64,000 bases of DNA from a virus. A program made the translations under genes and the position numbers. How positions within the stretch are numbered: position 1 is the first letter of the stretch; each line of letters starts with the position of its first letter. The notes beneath the pieces are model-generated. The model worked only from the letters and a program-made list of their open reading frames with translations. It was not told the origin of the DNA and searched no databases. Of the stretch, positions 25,425 through 36,217 are shown in pieces. The stretch is from the IMG/VR virus record IMGVR_UViG_3300045996_003161; one strand, 5' to 3'.

Positions 25425-28400
25425 ATGTCTAATCGTGGTGGCGGAGACGCTTCTTTAACGGCTCGTATTCAGATTCTAAACGAAGGTCTTGAAAATCTTC
25501 AAAAGACTATGCAACAATTACAGCAACTTAGAGTTGAATTTCAAAATTCTGAAAATCAGATGAAGTCATTCGAGGCTGCCCGCAAAACCGTTGGAAGTGG
25601 TAATGATGCAATATCTGCATTTGCTGCAAGTGCAACAGGAGCAAAGAATTCCCTTAATGCATTAAATAGTACAATGACTCAAGCATCTGCTACGGTTAGG
25701 ACATTTGGAAGAGATACTACTCAAGGAACTCAGGGAGCAAGTCAGTTTAAGAGTATGCTTGATCAAACTAGTACTTCTGCTAAGAACTTAAGTACAAATA
25801 TGCAAACTTTAGGAACAGGTCTTACTTCTTCTATAGCATCATATTCTGCTGCCGCTGTTTCCGTGTTCGGTCTATATAATGCTTACGATAATCTTGAAAA
25901 AGTTCAACAAAGAGCTGATCGTTCAGCATTAGCAGCTCAAACTGCACAGACAAGATTAGCATCTTTACAGGAAAATTATAATGAACAATTAGCTAAAGGA
26001 AATCTTACAGCAGAAGAAGTAGCAGTACAGCAACAAAAAATTGCAGATGCTCAAGAAAGGGTTAAAGTATCTTCTGAGCAAGCAGATATTGCAGCAGGCG
26101 ATTTAAACGAATCTATGGCTGGACTTGCTTTACAGACTTTGCCTTTTGTTGCTACTGCTGCAATAAATGTTATTCATATGATTACAACTATGCGTGGAGC
26201 ATTTGCGGCTCATACCGCAGCCACGGGTGTACTTACTACGGCTACTGTTGGATTACGTGGGGCACTTACAGGATTACTATTTCATCCTGCATTTTTGCCA
26301 CTTGTTGCTATTGGAGCAGTTGTTACAGCATTTACTACAAACTTATTTGGACTCCGTGATGCTATAAATGGAATAGGTGTAGCAATTGGAAATGCAATTC
26401 CGGGGCTGCGTCCACTTTTGGATTTAATGGGTGGTATTAATTCACTTTTTGGTGAAACTAAAGATGAAGCTGCTAAAGCTACTTCTGATGTTTCAGGATC
26501 ATTTGATGAAATGGAAACATCGGTAGGTTCAAGTATTGGAAAGGTTAATACAACTATAGATTCACTTAGGAGTAAATTAGGTGAAGGATTTCCATCAGCA
26601 TTAACTAATGTCCAAAATATTATGGATACAATAACCAAGAATTTAGGATCTGTAACTCTTGGTATAAAACCTAAGATGGAAGAATCTGAAGTTACAAAAG
26701 TTAAGAGTGAAGCAGAAAAAATACTCGGAAAAGGTGTTGCATTAGAAATACATGCGGGAGCAACTATAGGTGGAACCATAGATCAAGTAAGGAATCTTGG
26801 TAAAGCTTTAGATGAAACATTTAATAAAACAGGTGCAAGTGGTCAAAATTTAATTAGTTTTGCGAAAGCAATGGGATTTTCCCAAGATGAAGCATCAAAA
26901 CTTTTTGCAGCGGTTAACAATGTAGGAAATGCTATTGTTACATTTGATGGAAAAATAGGGGTAACTAAAGGACAAATAGCAGAATTATCCAAGGAAACAG
27001 GAGTTTCTGAAGACCGTATTACTAAACTTATGGAATCACTTGGGGGATTCATAAAAGTTGAAGATACTGGACTTATACCTGTTCAAAATGCTTTTGTGGT
27101 AGCCAATGAAGCTACTAAAGATTTAGGAATTGGAATAGATGAATTAAAAGGTCAATTTGGTCAAGCAATTGGTTCATTCTTTGGTGTAGTAGATCCTCTT
27201 ACTGAATTAGAAAATATTATGAAAATGGTTGAAGAGGCTATGAAAAATTCAGGAGCCACAGCAGAAGAGGTTGAACAAATAATGGCACATTTGAATGATG
27301 TAATAGCTACTAAAACTGCTGAATCTGGTGCAAAAGTTAATGAATTCTTCACAGTTCTTGGAGAGGTAAGGAGTAAAGGTGGAGATGTAGTATCTACTGC
27401 TGGAGAAATCGGTTTAGCATTTACTGATATTACTTCAAGACTTGATACTGCTAGACCAGCAGTACAAAATGCAATTTCAGTATTTGAAGATTTGGCTTCA
27501 AGCGGGCAATTTACCGCAGAAGAAATCGTTACAGCAATGGAGAATATGAGAAATGGTGTTGCTACTAATCTTCAAGGATTAAATGCTGAACAACAATTAG
27601 CTATGACAATTTTGACTAACTTTTTCTATTTATTAGAAGGAGGAAGTGATGCAGAATTCTTTGATTTTCTTGCAACTAAAGGTATACCTGCTGTAAAAGG
27701 TTTGGCTGAAGAGGTTAAAGAAACCAGTATCAGTATAGATGAATTTAATAAACAGATGCAACAAGCAGCAAATGATCAAGATGCTGTAGGTGCTCAATTT
27801 AATAAAACTTGGAATGAAATAAAAGATGTTGTACAAAATACTACAGACCCAACAAAAATTGAAGCATGGATCGAAAAACTTCAACAAATGGCAAATATTG
27901 AAGGAATTGATCCAAAAGTCAAAGCTTTGATTGAAGAATTTATTCCCGTACTAACATTTTACAAGGATAACTTGGATGAAATAGGTAAATCGCAAGATGA
28001 GTTATCTAATATAACTCTTGCTCACGCACAAGCAGTAGGAGTAGATATGCAAACACTAGGGCCATTATTAGAACTTAAACGACAAGATATTGATCTTACA
28101 AATGAACAAATAATTGCAACCCAAAATAAAATAGCTAATCAAGCAACATCTAATGCAATGTCTTTGAGTGAAGAAGAAGCTGAGATACGCAAGAATCAAG
28201 CATATTATCAGACAATAATGTCACTTACTGAAATGCAGGGAAAAGCACAGGAACAAATAGGAGTACAAGAAGCATTAGCTGCATCAGTACATGTACTAGA
28301 GGCTACATATGGTACGACATGGCCTGAAGGACTAGCTGTAACTGCTGAAAATATACAGATGGTTATATCTGCTGAAGAAGGTTTAATAAGTGCTCAAGAA

Positions 28401-31400
28401 GGTGTTGCTGCGGCACAAGTGGAAGCAGCAGGTGGGCTTACAGCTATGCAACAAGCAGAATTAGATCTTACTAATTCAATTGAAGAAAGTGCGAGAGCTT
28501 TAGGTGTAAGCCAAGCTGCGTTGATTAGATATAATAGTGCAAAGAATCAATTTGGTATTGCTACAAATCAAGCAAGAAATCAATTATTAGCAGAAGGTCA
28601 AGCTGCAAATATCGCTGGAAGAAATCTTCAAGGTATGGGATTTAGTATGCAACAAGCTAGAGCTGCAACATTAGGAGGTCAAGCACAGTTTAGAGCATTT
28701 GCAACAACTGTTCAAACTGATGCAGCTAGATCTAGATCATACGCACATGCATTAGCTCAAGCTCTTATTCAATTGGGTATGTCTGCTGCCAAAGCTTTTG
28801 CGATGGTACGTCAATCAATCGCTGCCGGAGAACAAGCCTACAAATTCCTCAAAACAGGTATGGGTTCTATGCCTGATATGAATATGAAGAAGTTTGGCGG
28901 AGGCGGCGGCGGTGGTGGCGGTGGTGGAGGTGGCGGAGGCTCCAAACAGAAAATTACCAAAGAAGAAAAAGAAGATATGCGTGAACAAGCCATACAGGAT
29001 GCAATTAAAGAAGAAGCCGCAGTAAATAGTTTGGTAAAATCCCTTATCGATGAAACTAGTGCAATACACAAATTAGGTTTGGAAACTGGCCTTAGTAGAA
29101 AGGAAATGGAACAATTTCAAAAGGCTACAGATGAATTTGGAATAGCTACCGAGAAGGCAAGAATTGAAATGCTTCTACTTATAGAAGCTCAATCAAAACA
29201 GCTTAAATTCCTTACTGATAGTACTGCAATTTATAAAGATTATATAAGGGCTAATATTGAAGGTATTACTAAGGCTAATGATTTTACTAGAGAAGTTAGA
29301 TCTAATGTAAGATCGCTTGAAGCACAACGAGAACAACTTTTCCAGATTACAAGAGCTTTAGGTATTACTCTTCCTTCCGCTTTACGTCCAACTGTAAAGA
29401 ATCTTCAAGATTTAATTGCTGCATCTTATGGTAGTGAAGAAGCTATGGAAGCTTTACGTAAGAGTGCGTTGAGTGCAACAGACTTTTATCGTAAAACAAT
29501 TGCTGATGCAAAGAAAGCAATTACTGACGCAAAGTTTGAAGAATTCGTAAAGAAGGAATTATTGTTTGAAAATCTTGGAGATGAATTTTTCAGGAATGTA
29601 AGTAGAGAACTTCAAGCTGAAATGAAATTAGATTCAATTTCTGATCAGCTTCAGAAACAGCTTGGATTAATTCAATTAAATCCAAAAATGTTTGAAATGA
29701 ATGTCAGTGAAGCGGAATTGCGTGGTGGTGTACAAAACACTATTACTATGATTGAGGAAACAATTAGAGGTAGTGAAAGATTGACCGCTGCGTGGCAGCC
29801 GATATTAGATGGATTATATTCTGTACTTAATGCTCCTGATGCTCATGATGCTATACAGGGTTTTGCACAACAATTCCCTGATATAATGGAACCCGCTTTG
29901 CTGGGCGTAGAAGAAGCTATGAAAGGTGTAGATACACAAATAGATGCTACATTTGATGATACTGCTAAAGAGAATGCTGCTGCTTATACAGAAACTGTAG
30001 AAAATCTTAAAGATAAAACTGAAGAGTTATATGAAGAATTACTTAAGGAAGCTAAAGCTGCAAATGAGGCCAGTAATTCCATGGGTGGCGGTGGAGGAGG
30101 AGGCGGCCTCGGTGGAGCGATGGGTGAAGCTATGGATGCAACTAATGATCTTACAATGGCAATGGGGCAAGTTGAACCAACTCTTTCTCAAATTACTGCT
30201 GCAACAGAAGTAGCAGCAGGAATTATACCCGGTGAGTTTCAAGCCTTACCTCCTGCTATAAGACCTACATGGGAAACAATGCAACGTGACGCAGTAGCAA
30301 CAATGATTCAGATGGGCACCTCCTTTGATCAACTTCCTCCAAGTCTTCAACAGGCTGTAGCTAAAATGCCTCCAGAAATGAGAGCAGCACTTGGTATTAT
30401 GGAAAATGAAGCAGGAGCAACTACGGCAACAATAGCTGATGACTTTACAATACTTCCTCCAGCGGCAGGAGATGCAGGAACGGGGATGGTAGACGAGTTT
30501 GGTAATGCTATACCCGGTATATCAGATGCTACTAAAACTGCTACAGATGATTCTATTACACAATTAGCTACACTTGCTCCAGAAGGAACTACAACTGGTA
30601 AAGATACTGCTACTAACTTAGATACTGCACTTCAACAAGCTAAAGAATATGTTAGTGCTATAGTTGTAGAAATGGGAACAAGATTTTATAAGCTTGCTGA
30701 ATTTGTTCAAAACACGTTTAATCCCAATTTTGCTACAATTGTAGATCAGGGGTTTGCTCAATTACCGCCACTTGTAGAAGTTCATGTAACTCAAATGCAG
30801 ACTAATTATGATGTTCTTCAAACTTCTATGCCTGCTTCTACACAAACAACTGTAGATTCAGTAAACCTTGTACTTGATCAACTTCCCATTCATATGACAG
30901 GAGTAGTGAATATTATGCAAGTTAATTATACTACTGGAATGCAAAAAATACAAATGCAAACTCAAACTACAATTAATGATATAACTACTCGTCTTGGTAC
31001 TCTTGGCCCAGTAACTACAGGTATAGTAAATGAAATGGTTAAACAATTTACAACTGGAATGGCCAAATTCCCTCCTGCTGCACAACAAGCGGTTAATGCA
31101 GTAACTAATTCATTGGGAACATTAGTTCAAGTTACGGCTAATATTACTGCTAGAATGGCTCAATCATTTGCTCAACTTGCTTCTCAAGCAGCTCAACATA
31201 TGGCTAGTCTACAAAAAGCGGCAGAAAAGAATTGGGATGCAATGGCAAAAGCGTCTGAAAAGGCAGCTCAAAGGGCAACCAAAGCAGTAAAAAGTATTCC
31301 AACATATCACCTCACTATACATGAAATCCGTACGGTTCGTACTGGTGGTGGTAGTTTTGCAGAGGGAGGTGTTCAAATTGTTGATCATCCTTCTCACTTT

Positions 31401-31724
31401 ACAGTTGGTGAAGGTGGTAGACCTGAGATCGTAAGTGTGATTCCACTTAAATCAGATATATTTGATAATAATGGTAAGGCGGATATGAGTCTTGATCTTA
31501 GTGGAACTGCTGATAGGATTTCCGAGACTCTGAAAATGCCCGGCCCTGAAGTTATGAATAATCCTTCTGCTGCTGTATCATTTAAATCTGCTGATATTGG
31601 CGGTGGAGGAGGAGGTTCAAGAACAATTAATCTTAATATTAACCAACCAATTATTATGAATGACAGAGAGATTGGACGTAACATCGTTAACCAAACTTTC
31701 ACTGATATGGATGGACAAACCTAA
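25425..31724 (+). CDS. Tape measure protein (2099 aa)
   Basis: Long A/G/Q-rich helical protein after the chaperones; hydrophobic N-terminal stretch; C-terminal FAEGG...VGEGG.PE...PL. Confidence 0.93.
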   Translation: MSNRGGGDASLTARIQILNEGLENLQKTMQQLQQLRVEFQNSENQMKSFEAARKTVGSGNDAISAFAASATGAKNSLNALNSTMTQASATVRTFGRDTTQGTQGASQFKSMLDQTSTSAKNLSTNMQTLGTGLTSSIASYSAAAVSVFGLYNAYDNLEKVQQRADRSALAAQTAQTRLASLQENYNEQLAKGNLTAEEVAVQQQKIADAQERVKVSSEQADIAAGDLNESMAGLALQTLPFVATAAINVIHMITTMRGAFAAHTAATGVLTTATVGLRGALTGLLFHPAFLPLVAIGAVVTAFTTNLFGLRDAINGIGVAIGNAIPGLRPLLDLMGGINSLFGETKDEAAKATSDVSGSFDEMETSVGSSIGKVNTTIDSLRSKLGEGFPSALTNVQNIMDTITKNLGSVTLGIKPKMEESEVTKVKSEAEKILGKGVALEIHAGATIGGTIDQVRNLGKALDETFNKTGASGQNLISFAKAMGFSQDEASKLFAAVNNVGNAIVTFDGKIGVTKGQIAELSKETGVSEDRITKLMESLGGFIKVEDTGLIPVQNAFVVANEATKDLGIGIDELKGQFGQAIGSFFGVVDPLTELENIMKMVEEAMKNSGATAEEVEQIMAHLNDVIATKTAESGAKVNEFFTVLGEVRSKGGDVVSTAGEIGLAFTDITSRLDTARPAVQNAISVFEDLASSGQFTAEEIVTAMENMRNGVATNLQGLNAEQQLAMTILTNFFYLLEGGSDAEFFDFLATKGIPAVKGLAEEVKETSISIDEFNKQMQQAANDQDAVGAQFNKTWNEIKDVVQNTTDPTKIEAWIEKLQQMANIEGIDPKVKALIEEFIPVLTFYKDNLDEIGKSQDELSNITLAHAQAVGVDMQTLGPLLELKRQDIDLTNEQIIATQNKIANQATSNAMSLSEEEAEIRKNQAYYQTIMSLTEMQGKAQEQIGVQEALAASVHVLEATYGTTWPEGLAVTAENIQMVISAEEGLISAQEGVAAAQVEAAGGLTAMQQAELDLTNSIEESARALGVSQAALIRYNSAKNQFGIATNQARNQLLAEGQAANIAGRNLQGMGFSMQQARAATLGGQAQFRAFATTVQTDAARSRSYAHALAQALIQLGMSAAKAFAMVRQSIAAGEQAYKFLKTGMGSMPDMNMKKFGGGGGGGGGGGGGGGSKQKITKEEKEDMREQAIQDAIKEEAAVNSLVKSLIDETSAIHKLGLETGLSRKEMEQFQKATDEFGIATEKARIEMLLLIEAQSKQLKFLTDSTAIYKDYIRANIEGITKANDFTREVRSNVRSLEAQREQLFQITRALGITLPSALRPTVKNLQDLIAASYGSEEAMEALRKSALSATDFYRKTIADAKKAITDAKFEEFVKKELLFENLGDEFFRNVSRELQAEMKLDSISDQLQKQLGLIQLNPKMFEMNVSEAELRGGVQNTITMIEETIRGSERLTAAWQPILDGLYSVLNAPDAHDAIQGFAQQFPDIMEPALLGVEEAMKGVDTQIDATFDDTAKENAAAYTETVENLKDKTEELYEELLKEAKAANEASNSMGGGGGGGGLGGAMGEAMDATNDLTMAMGQVEPTLSQITAATEVAAGIIPGEFQALPPAIRPTWETMQRDAVATMIQMGTSFDQLPPSLQQAVAKMPPEMRAALGIMENEAGATTATIADDFTILPPAAGDAGTGMVDEFGNAIPGISDATKTATDDSITQLATLAPEGTTTGKDTATNLDTALQQAKEYVSAIVVEMGTRFYKLAEFVQNTFNPNFATIVDQGFAQLPPLVEVHVTQMQTNYDVLQTSMPASTQTTVDSVNLVLDQLPIHMTGVVNIMQVNYTTGMQKIQMQTQTTINDITTRLGTLGPVTTGIVNEMVKQFTTGMAKFPPAAQQAVNAVTNSLGTLVQVTANITARMAQSFAQLASQAAQHMASLQKAAEKNWDAMAKASEKAAQRATKAVKSIPTYHLTIHEIRTVRTGGGSFAEGGVQIVDHPSHFTVGEGGRPEIVSVIPLKSDIFDNNGKADMSLDLSGTADRISETLKMPGPEVMNNPSAAVSFKSADIGGGGGGSRTINLNINQPIIMNDREIGRNIVNQTFTDMDGQT

Positions 31725-31764
31725 CCTTTTACTTCTCTTTTGTTGAGTATATGTTTTTTCCTTT

Positions 31765-33522
31765 GTGGTTATTCTTACTACTAGTGACGATCAATATATT
31801 GAACCTTTAAGAGTTAAAGTAGTATTCAACGATCGAAAAGATACAATCACATATTATACTTTTGATTCGTTTGTTTATCCCAATACCATTAACATTATGT
31901 ATGTTGATGTGAGTTTGGGAATTGGTCAAACTGGAACTTTCAAAATTGAGATTGAAGATTCAGCAAAGGCTATTGATTATCACGCCTTACTTGCAATGAA
32001 AATTTATATTTATGCTGGTAAAACTCAACAATCTTATACACCTTTAATTGTTGGAGTAATTCGTTCTGTTGAACAAAGTAGAGACGATACAGGTCTTCAA
32101 ACTTATATTTTAAGTGGATATGGATTAGCAATCGTATTTAATGAAACAGTTGTAAACTGGAGAAAAAGTGCCTTTAGACAAAGCCTTGATTCACTCAATC
32201 CTTCATTACAGGATATTTCTCACGAAGCTAATAATCTTGTCCGTCATCTTGTTACCAGTAGAGATGTATTCCCATTGCAGAACAGCGAATCAATTATTGA
32301 AAGATATAATCTGAGTGCTGATGCGATTGATATTAGGGTAAAAGATTTTCTTTCTACAATTAATGAACAGAATGTTGAATCTTCTCATACAATGAATTTG
32401 TTGAGTAATGCCGTAGGTGGAATGTGGGGAGTGGATAGATTTGGTAGAGTGTTTTATAAATATGCTCAGTTTGAATATTCACCAATTGTAGTTAAAGATA
32501 CTGTTGAGTCAACTGATCTTGCGGATCGTACGTCATATTTTGCTGGGGCATGGAAAAGACTTATAAGTATCAAGAAAGAGGATGGATTTAGTAATAGGCT
32601 TTTCGCTAAAACTTCTTCACAGACAATTGAAACTTTTATTGAATTAAATTCTCAAGGTTCTACGCCATTACTTGATAAGGCTGCTGCCCAAATGTGGGTT
32701 CCTAGTGCTAGCAAATTTACTAACATGGGATTTTTGCTCCGTAAAGTAGGTGATCCTAAATCAACTCCAAGAAACATCGTTCAGGGAAGGATTGTTCATG
32801 ATAACGGAGGCTATCCAACTGGATCGGAGGTTATAAGTTTTACTATTCCAATTGAAGATATAAAGAGAACACCAACTCCAATTTATCAATTTGATATTAA
32901 TTTTGCGGGGGTCGATGTTACCGTAGGGCAAAAATATTGGGTAATACTCTTCCGTAGAGGAAGCAATAACAAAAATTACGTTGAATGGTTACACAATAAT
33001 GACTTTAGTACTAATACAGAAGCAATAAATAGAGTTAGTGCAGTATCAGATCCCAACGGAGATTATTCTTCATGGCCGGGTCTGAGGTGGAATTTACATA
33101 ATTCCGGCCCCGTATATGCTTTTGCTACTTTTGATTCTCTTTCTCACTTGGTCTATGCGGAAGATCCTGTAAGCGTTGATAGGTATGGGCCGATTGAAAG
33201 CTTTATTGATGTTAGAGGTTTAGATGATAACAGAACGATTGACAAATATTTACACACTTATTTACAATTTTCAGCACGTCCTATCATCTTTTACACTATT
33301 AATCGTGTTACAATTCCTGATAGTCTATTTATGCCGGGGCAACTTATCACCATCGTAGATAATTTAGGCGGTATGGAAAGATCAAAAAATATCAGTGCAG
33401 AAATTCAAGAAGTTAGATATGAATTTAATGTTGCTGAAGATGGACTTGGAACAAGGTACTGTGAAATCAGACCATTAGGATATTATGATCACCTGTTTGA
33501 TTTGGAGGGTGTTTGTAGTTGA
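31765..33522 (+). CDS. Tail tip / baseplate hub protein
   Basis: Directly after the tape measure; hub-like N- and C-terminal parts around an inserted beta domain. Confidence 0.65.
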   Translation: MVILTTSDDQYIEPLRVKVVFNDRKDTITYYTFDSFVYPNTINIMYVDVSLGIGQTGTFKIEIEDSAKAIDYHALLAMKIYIYAGKTQQSYTPLIVGVIRSVEQSRDDTGLQTYILSGYGLAIVFNETVVNWRKSAFRQSLDSLNPSLQDISHEANNLVRHLVTSRDVFPLQNSESIIERYNLSADAIDIRVKDFLSTINEQNVESSHTMNLLSNAVGGMWGVDRFGRVFYKYAQFEYSPIVVKDTVESTDLADRTSYFAGAWKRLISIKKEDGFSNRLFAKTSSQTIETFIELNSQGSTPLLDKAAAQMWVPSASKFTNMGFLLRKVGDPKSTPRNIVQGRIVHDNGGYPTGSEVISFTIPIEDIKRTPTPIYQFDINFAGVDVTVGQKYWVILFRRGSNNKNYVEWLHNNDFSTNTEAINRVSAVSDPNGDYSSWPGLRWNLHNSGPVYAFATFDSLSHLVYAEDPVSVDRYGPIESFIDVRGLDDNRTIDKYLHTYLQFSARPIIFYTINRVTIPDSLFMPGQLITIVDNLGGMERSKNISAEIQEVRYEFNVAEDGLGTRYCEIRPLGYYDHLFDLEGVCS

Positions 33523-34235
33523 AAGTACATAGTTCAGGTGGAATTAACCATTTCGATGTTGGGTATGAAGCGTTATGGGATAAAAGTGATTATAATAAAA
33601 TTTCTAAACATTTTAATGAAATTAATCAATTAACAAAAGAAATTAAAAATTTAACTATTAATAAATTTATATATCCCAAAGAACATATGATTAATTTTCA
33701 GATAGAAGATGAGATTAATTTTATTAAGCAAAAAAAATCAAGTTTAGTAAATATTTTTGAGGATCAACTTGAAAGAAGTTATAATGATCAAACTACTGTA
33801 ATTGAACCACATGAAATAAATAAATATATAATTCCATTGAAAGTTAATAAACAAATTGATAGAGTTGTAGCTAGTGGTATGGCAAGACTAGCAGAGTTTT
33901 CAGTTGGTGAAAGTACCCAATTCTTTAATCATTATTCAGCGGGAACAGGAACGACTCCAGTTTATGCATCTGATACTGCACTTGTAGAAGAACTTGTAAG
34001 AGTTTCTATCGAACAGCAGGGTTACGCAACAGCGTCAGGAGCGGTAATAAAATTTGGGGCGTACTTTCCCCCCGGTGTGCAAACAGCGACGATTACAGAA
34101 GCTGGAGTATTTGATCAGATGGTCGCAGGAGTTATGTTATTTAGGGTCGTTTACCCACTAGAAAAATCTCTGAACCATGTGCAATCTATAACTTTTTTTA
34201 CATTATCACATGCAATATATATGTCTTCAATCTAG
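33519..34235 (+). CDS. Tail tip protein; C-terminal domain related to 19278..19751
   Basis: GTGTTPVYASDTAL.EE...ITEAGVFD. Confidence 0.65.
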   Translation: MKVHSSGGINHFDVGYEALWDKSDYNKISKHFNEINQLTKEIKNLTINKFIYPKEHMINFQIEDEINFIKQKKSSLVNIFEDQLERSYNDQTTVIEPHEINKYIIPLKVNKQIDRVVASGMARLAEFSVGESTQFFNHYSAGTGTTPVYASDTALVEELVRVSIEQQGYATASGAVIKFGAYFPPGVQTATITEAGVFDQMVAGVMLFRVVYPLEKSLNHVQSITFFTLSHAIYMSSI

Positions 34236-34242
34236 ACATATA

Positions 34243-35076
34243 TTATATTCCTCTTTTATTTAAATTTTTAATATATGTACAAATATTATTATCTTGTTTA
34301 TTTATATATTGTAACATCATTTCACCTTGGATTTTCTTGGTTACTAAATATGGAATAAAATGTGGAAGTAATGTAACAATATTATCAATTTTTCTTGTTT
34401 TTAGATCGTAAATTGGATTCCAATTATTATTAGATTTGTTGATTTTTACAATAGATAGAGTTGCTAAAGGTTTTAATAATTCCCTAATTGATTTTACTAA
34501 ATATGAATTTGTATTGACTAAGAATGATAAAATTGGGGTATAAGTATTTCTTCTTCGATCAAACCCAAAACATATACTTCCTTCAGAATCTATAATACCC
34601 GAAATAAAACTTTTTTGTGTTTCAGTTAAGTTTTTTATTTTTATTATATCATTAATATCTAAATAATTATCTTTATTTTTTAATATATTTATACTCTTTC
34701 CATTCATTTTTTTACATTCTTGATGATTTTTTTCACACTCTATTCCCTTGCACACATTTATAAGATTTTCAATTCTTGATTTTTTTGATATTAAATATGG
34801 ATTAATAATTTCTGATAATCTAATTAAATCATTTATATTATATATCTCTATACTATGTCTGGGTTTATGAAGTGAAGATCTAGATCGTTTAGATACATTA
34901 TAAGTATATTTATAGTTATCCTTATTAAGAATATTAATAATATAATTTATAGTTTTTTCAGATGTATTAATAATTGATATACACTTTCTATACCATATTC
35001 CTTTATCTCGTCCAATATAAATTGATCCATCTCCCTCAATAAACCCAGCTAAATACGCAGCTTCAGTATCTTTCAA
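34243..35076 (-). CDS. Free-standing double LAGLIDADG homing endonuclease
   Basis: YLAGFIEGDGSI and FISGIIDSEGSI. Confidence 0.9.
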   Translation of the reverse strand: MKDTEAAYLAGFIEGDGSIYIGRDKGIWYRKCISIINTSEKTINYIINILNKDNYKYTYNVSKRSRSSLHKPRHSIEIYNINDLIRLSEIINPYLISKKSRIENLINVCKGIECEKNHQECKKMNGKSINILKNKDNYLDINDIIKIKNLTETQKSFISGIIDSEGSICFGFDRRRNTYTPILSFLVNTNSYLVKSIRELLKPLATLSIVKINKSNNNWNPIYDLKTRKIDNIVTLLPHFIPYLVTKKIQGEMMLQYINKQDNNICTYIKNLNKRGI

Positions 35077-35125
35077 TTACTCTTTTTTAACAACATTTAT
35101 ATTTAAGCATTCCTATAATTTCTTT

Positions 35126-35233
35126 ATGAGATCCTTTCCCGAATTTTGCCCTTTATGTAAGAACAAGTTTTGGCAATATAATCATGGTAAAGGATATTAT
35201 ACTTGTTCAAGATGTCCTTATACAGTTGAGTAA
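35126..35233 (+). CDS. 35-aa Zn-ribbon microprotein
   Basis: CPLC...CSRC; own AACATTTATATTT promoter. Confidence 0.6.
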   Translation: MRSFPEFCPLCKNKFWQYNHGKGYYTCSRCPYTVE

Positions 35234-35267
35234 AAACCTTTATATTTAGCTATACCTATTATTCCTT

Positions 35268-35435
35268 ATGGATAAAATTGACCAATATGTGAATGACTTA
35301 CTTGAAGCATTATATGTTGATCCTCACAATAAGGATTATAAGATAACAGTAAATGCTGTATATTTAGCCGGTGAATTAATGGATAAAGGTTATTGTAGAA
35401 TATCTGATGAAAATAAAAAAAGATTAGGTTGGTAA
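35268..35435 (+). CDS. 55-aa hypothetical protein
   Basis: Manual translation; own AAACCTTTATATTT promoter. Confidence 0.55.
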   Translation: MDKIDQYVNDLLEALYVDPHNKDYKITVNAVYLAGELMDKGYCRISDENKKRLGW

Positions 35436-35475
35436 ATAAGAAAGACTTATATTATACAACTCTTATTTATATTTT

Positions 35476-35880
35476 ATGGTTACTGCTGAAGAACTAGTAA
35501 GATTCCACGAACAAGTTTGTAACAAGGCAAGAAGTCTTGTGACACCAAAAGGCAAGGATTATAGTTTAAATCACGAAAAAGATACATTAGCTAATCTTCG
35601 TATTCCCGCTAAACGTGGACGTACAAAAAATGATATTGAAACTATGAAAGTAATATTGGATCTTAAGGATGGAAGATTAGATTCTCTAACGGCAGATTTA
35701 AATAAGCCTATTAACTATGAAACAGTTGATGAAACGGTTTATGATAAAATTAATTATTTAATTTATTTACTTTATTTTTATCATGAACTAAAGTCAAAAC
35801 GAACTTCTGCTCCAAGCATTCAAGCTATCGAAGCAGGAAGAATACAGTTTGGGGAATCAGGAATAGAAGAGGATCTTTAA
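35476..35880 (+). CDS. All-alpha (MazG-like) nucleotide pyrophosphohydrolase-related protein, DUF1599-like
   Basis: KGKDYS....D.LAN and ETVDETVYDKINY motifs. Confidence 0.6.
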   Translation: MVTAEELVRFHEQVCNKARSLVTPKGKDYSLNHEKDTLANLRIPAKRGRTKNDIETMKVILDLKDGRLDSLTADLNKPINYETVDETVYDKINYLIYLLYFYHELKSKRTSAPSIQAIEAGRIQFGESGIEEDL

Positions 35881-36047
35881 TCCACGAACTCAAATTTTAT
35901 TCCACTATCATAGAGTAATTCTACAATAGATTCATCTCCTTCAATTATCATTCCATCGAGCTTTATAGGCTTAGAATTTTTATTAGCATAAACTAGAAGG
36001 TGTTTAGCTTTAGCGAGGTTTTCATAATCTAAGAATCTAATTTTCAT
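35877..36047 (-). CDS. 56-aa hypothetical protein
   Basis: Manual translation MKIRFLDYENL...FEFVD; shares TTAA stop with 35476..35880. Confidence 0.55.
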   Translation of the reverse strand: MKIRFLDYENLAKAKHLLVYANKNSKPIKLDGMIIEGDESIVELLYDSGIKFEFVD

Positions 36048-36085
36048 TAGTTGATTTATTTAAACACTAATTTATAAACGTTGTT

Positions 36086-36217
36086 ATGAGTTTTAAATAT
36101 TTTCGCCCTGCTATACGAGGTCATGGCCCAAATTGTAAATGCAGTTTAGATTTTGGTGGGTGCGTTATAAAGAAACTTATTGAAAAACTAGAAAGGTTTG
36201 AGGAGCAAAATAAATGA
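36086..36217 (+). CDS. 43-aa protein resembling the N-terminus of the downstream LamG protein
   Basis: MSFKYFR...IKKLIEKLERFEEQN vs MSFQDFR...IKALLQRLEKFESEAN; TAGTT upstream; ATGA overlap. Confidence 0.6.
   Translation: MSFKYFRPAIRGHGPNCKCSLDFGGCVIKKLIEKLERFEEQNK

Noticed and set aside
26282-31702. Antisense and off-frame ORFs inside the tape measure gene, and similar ones inside other large genes
   Set aside because: Fully nested shadows with no motifs or promoters.
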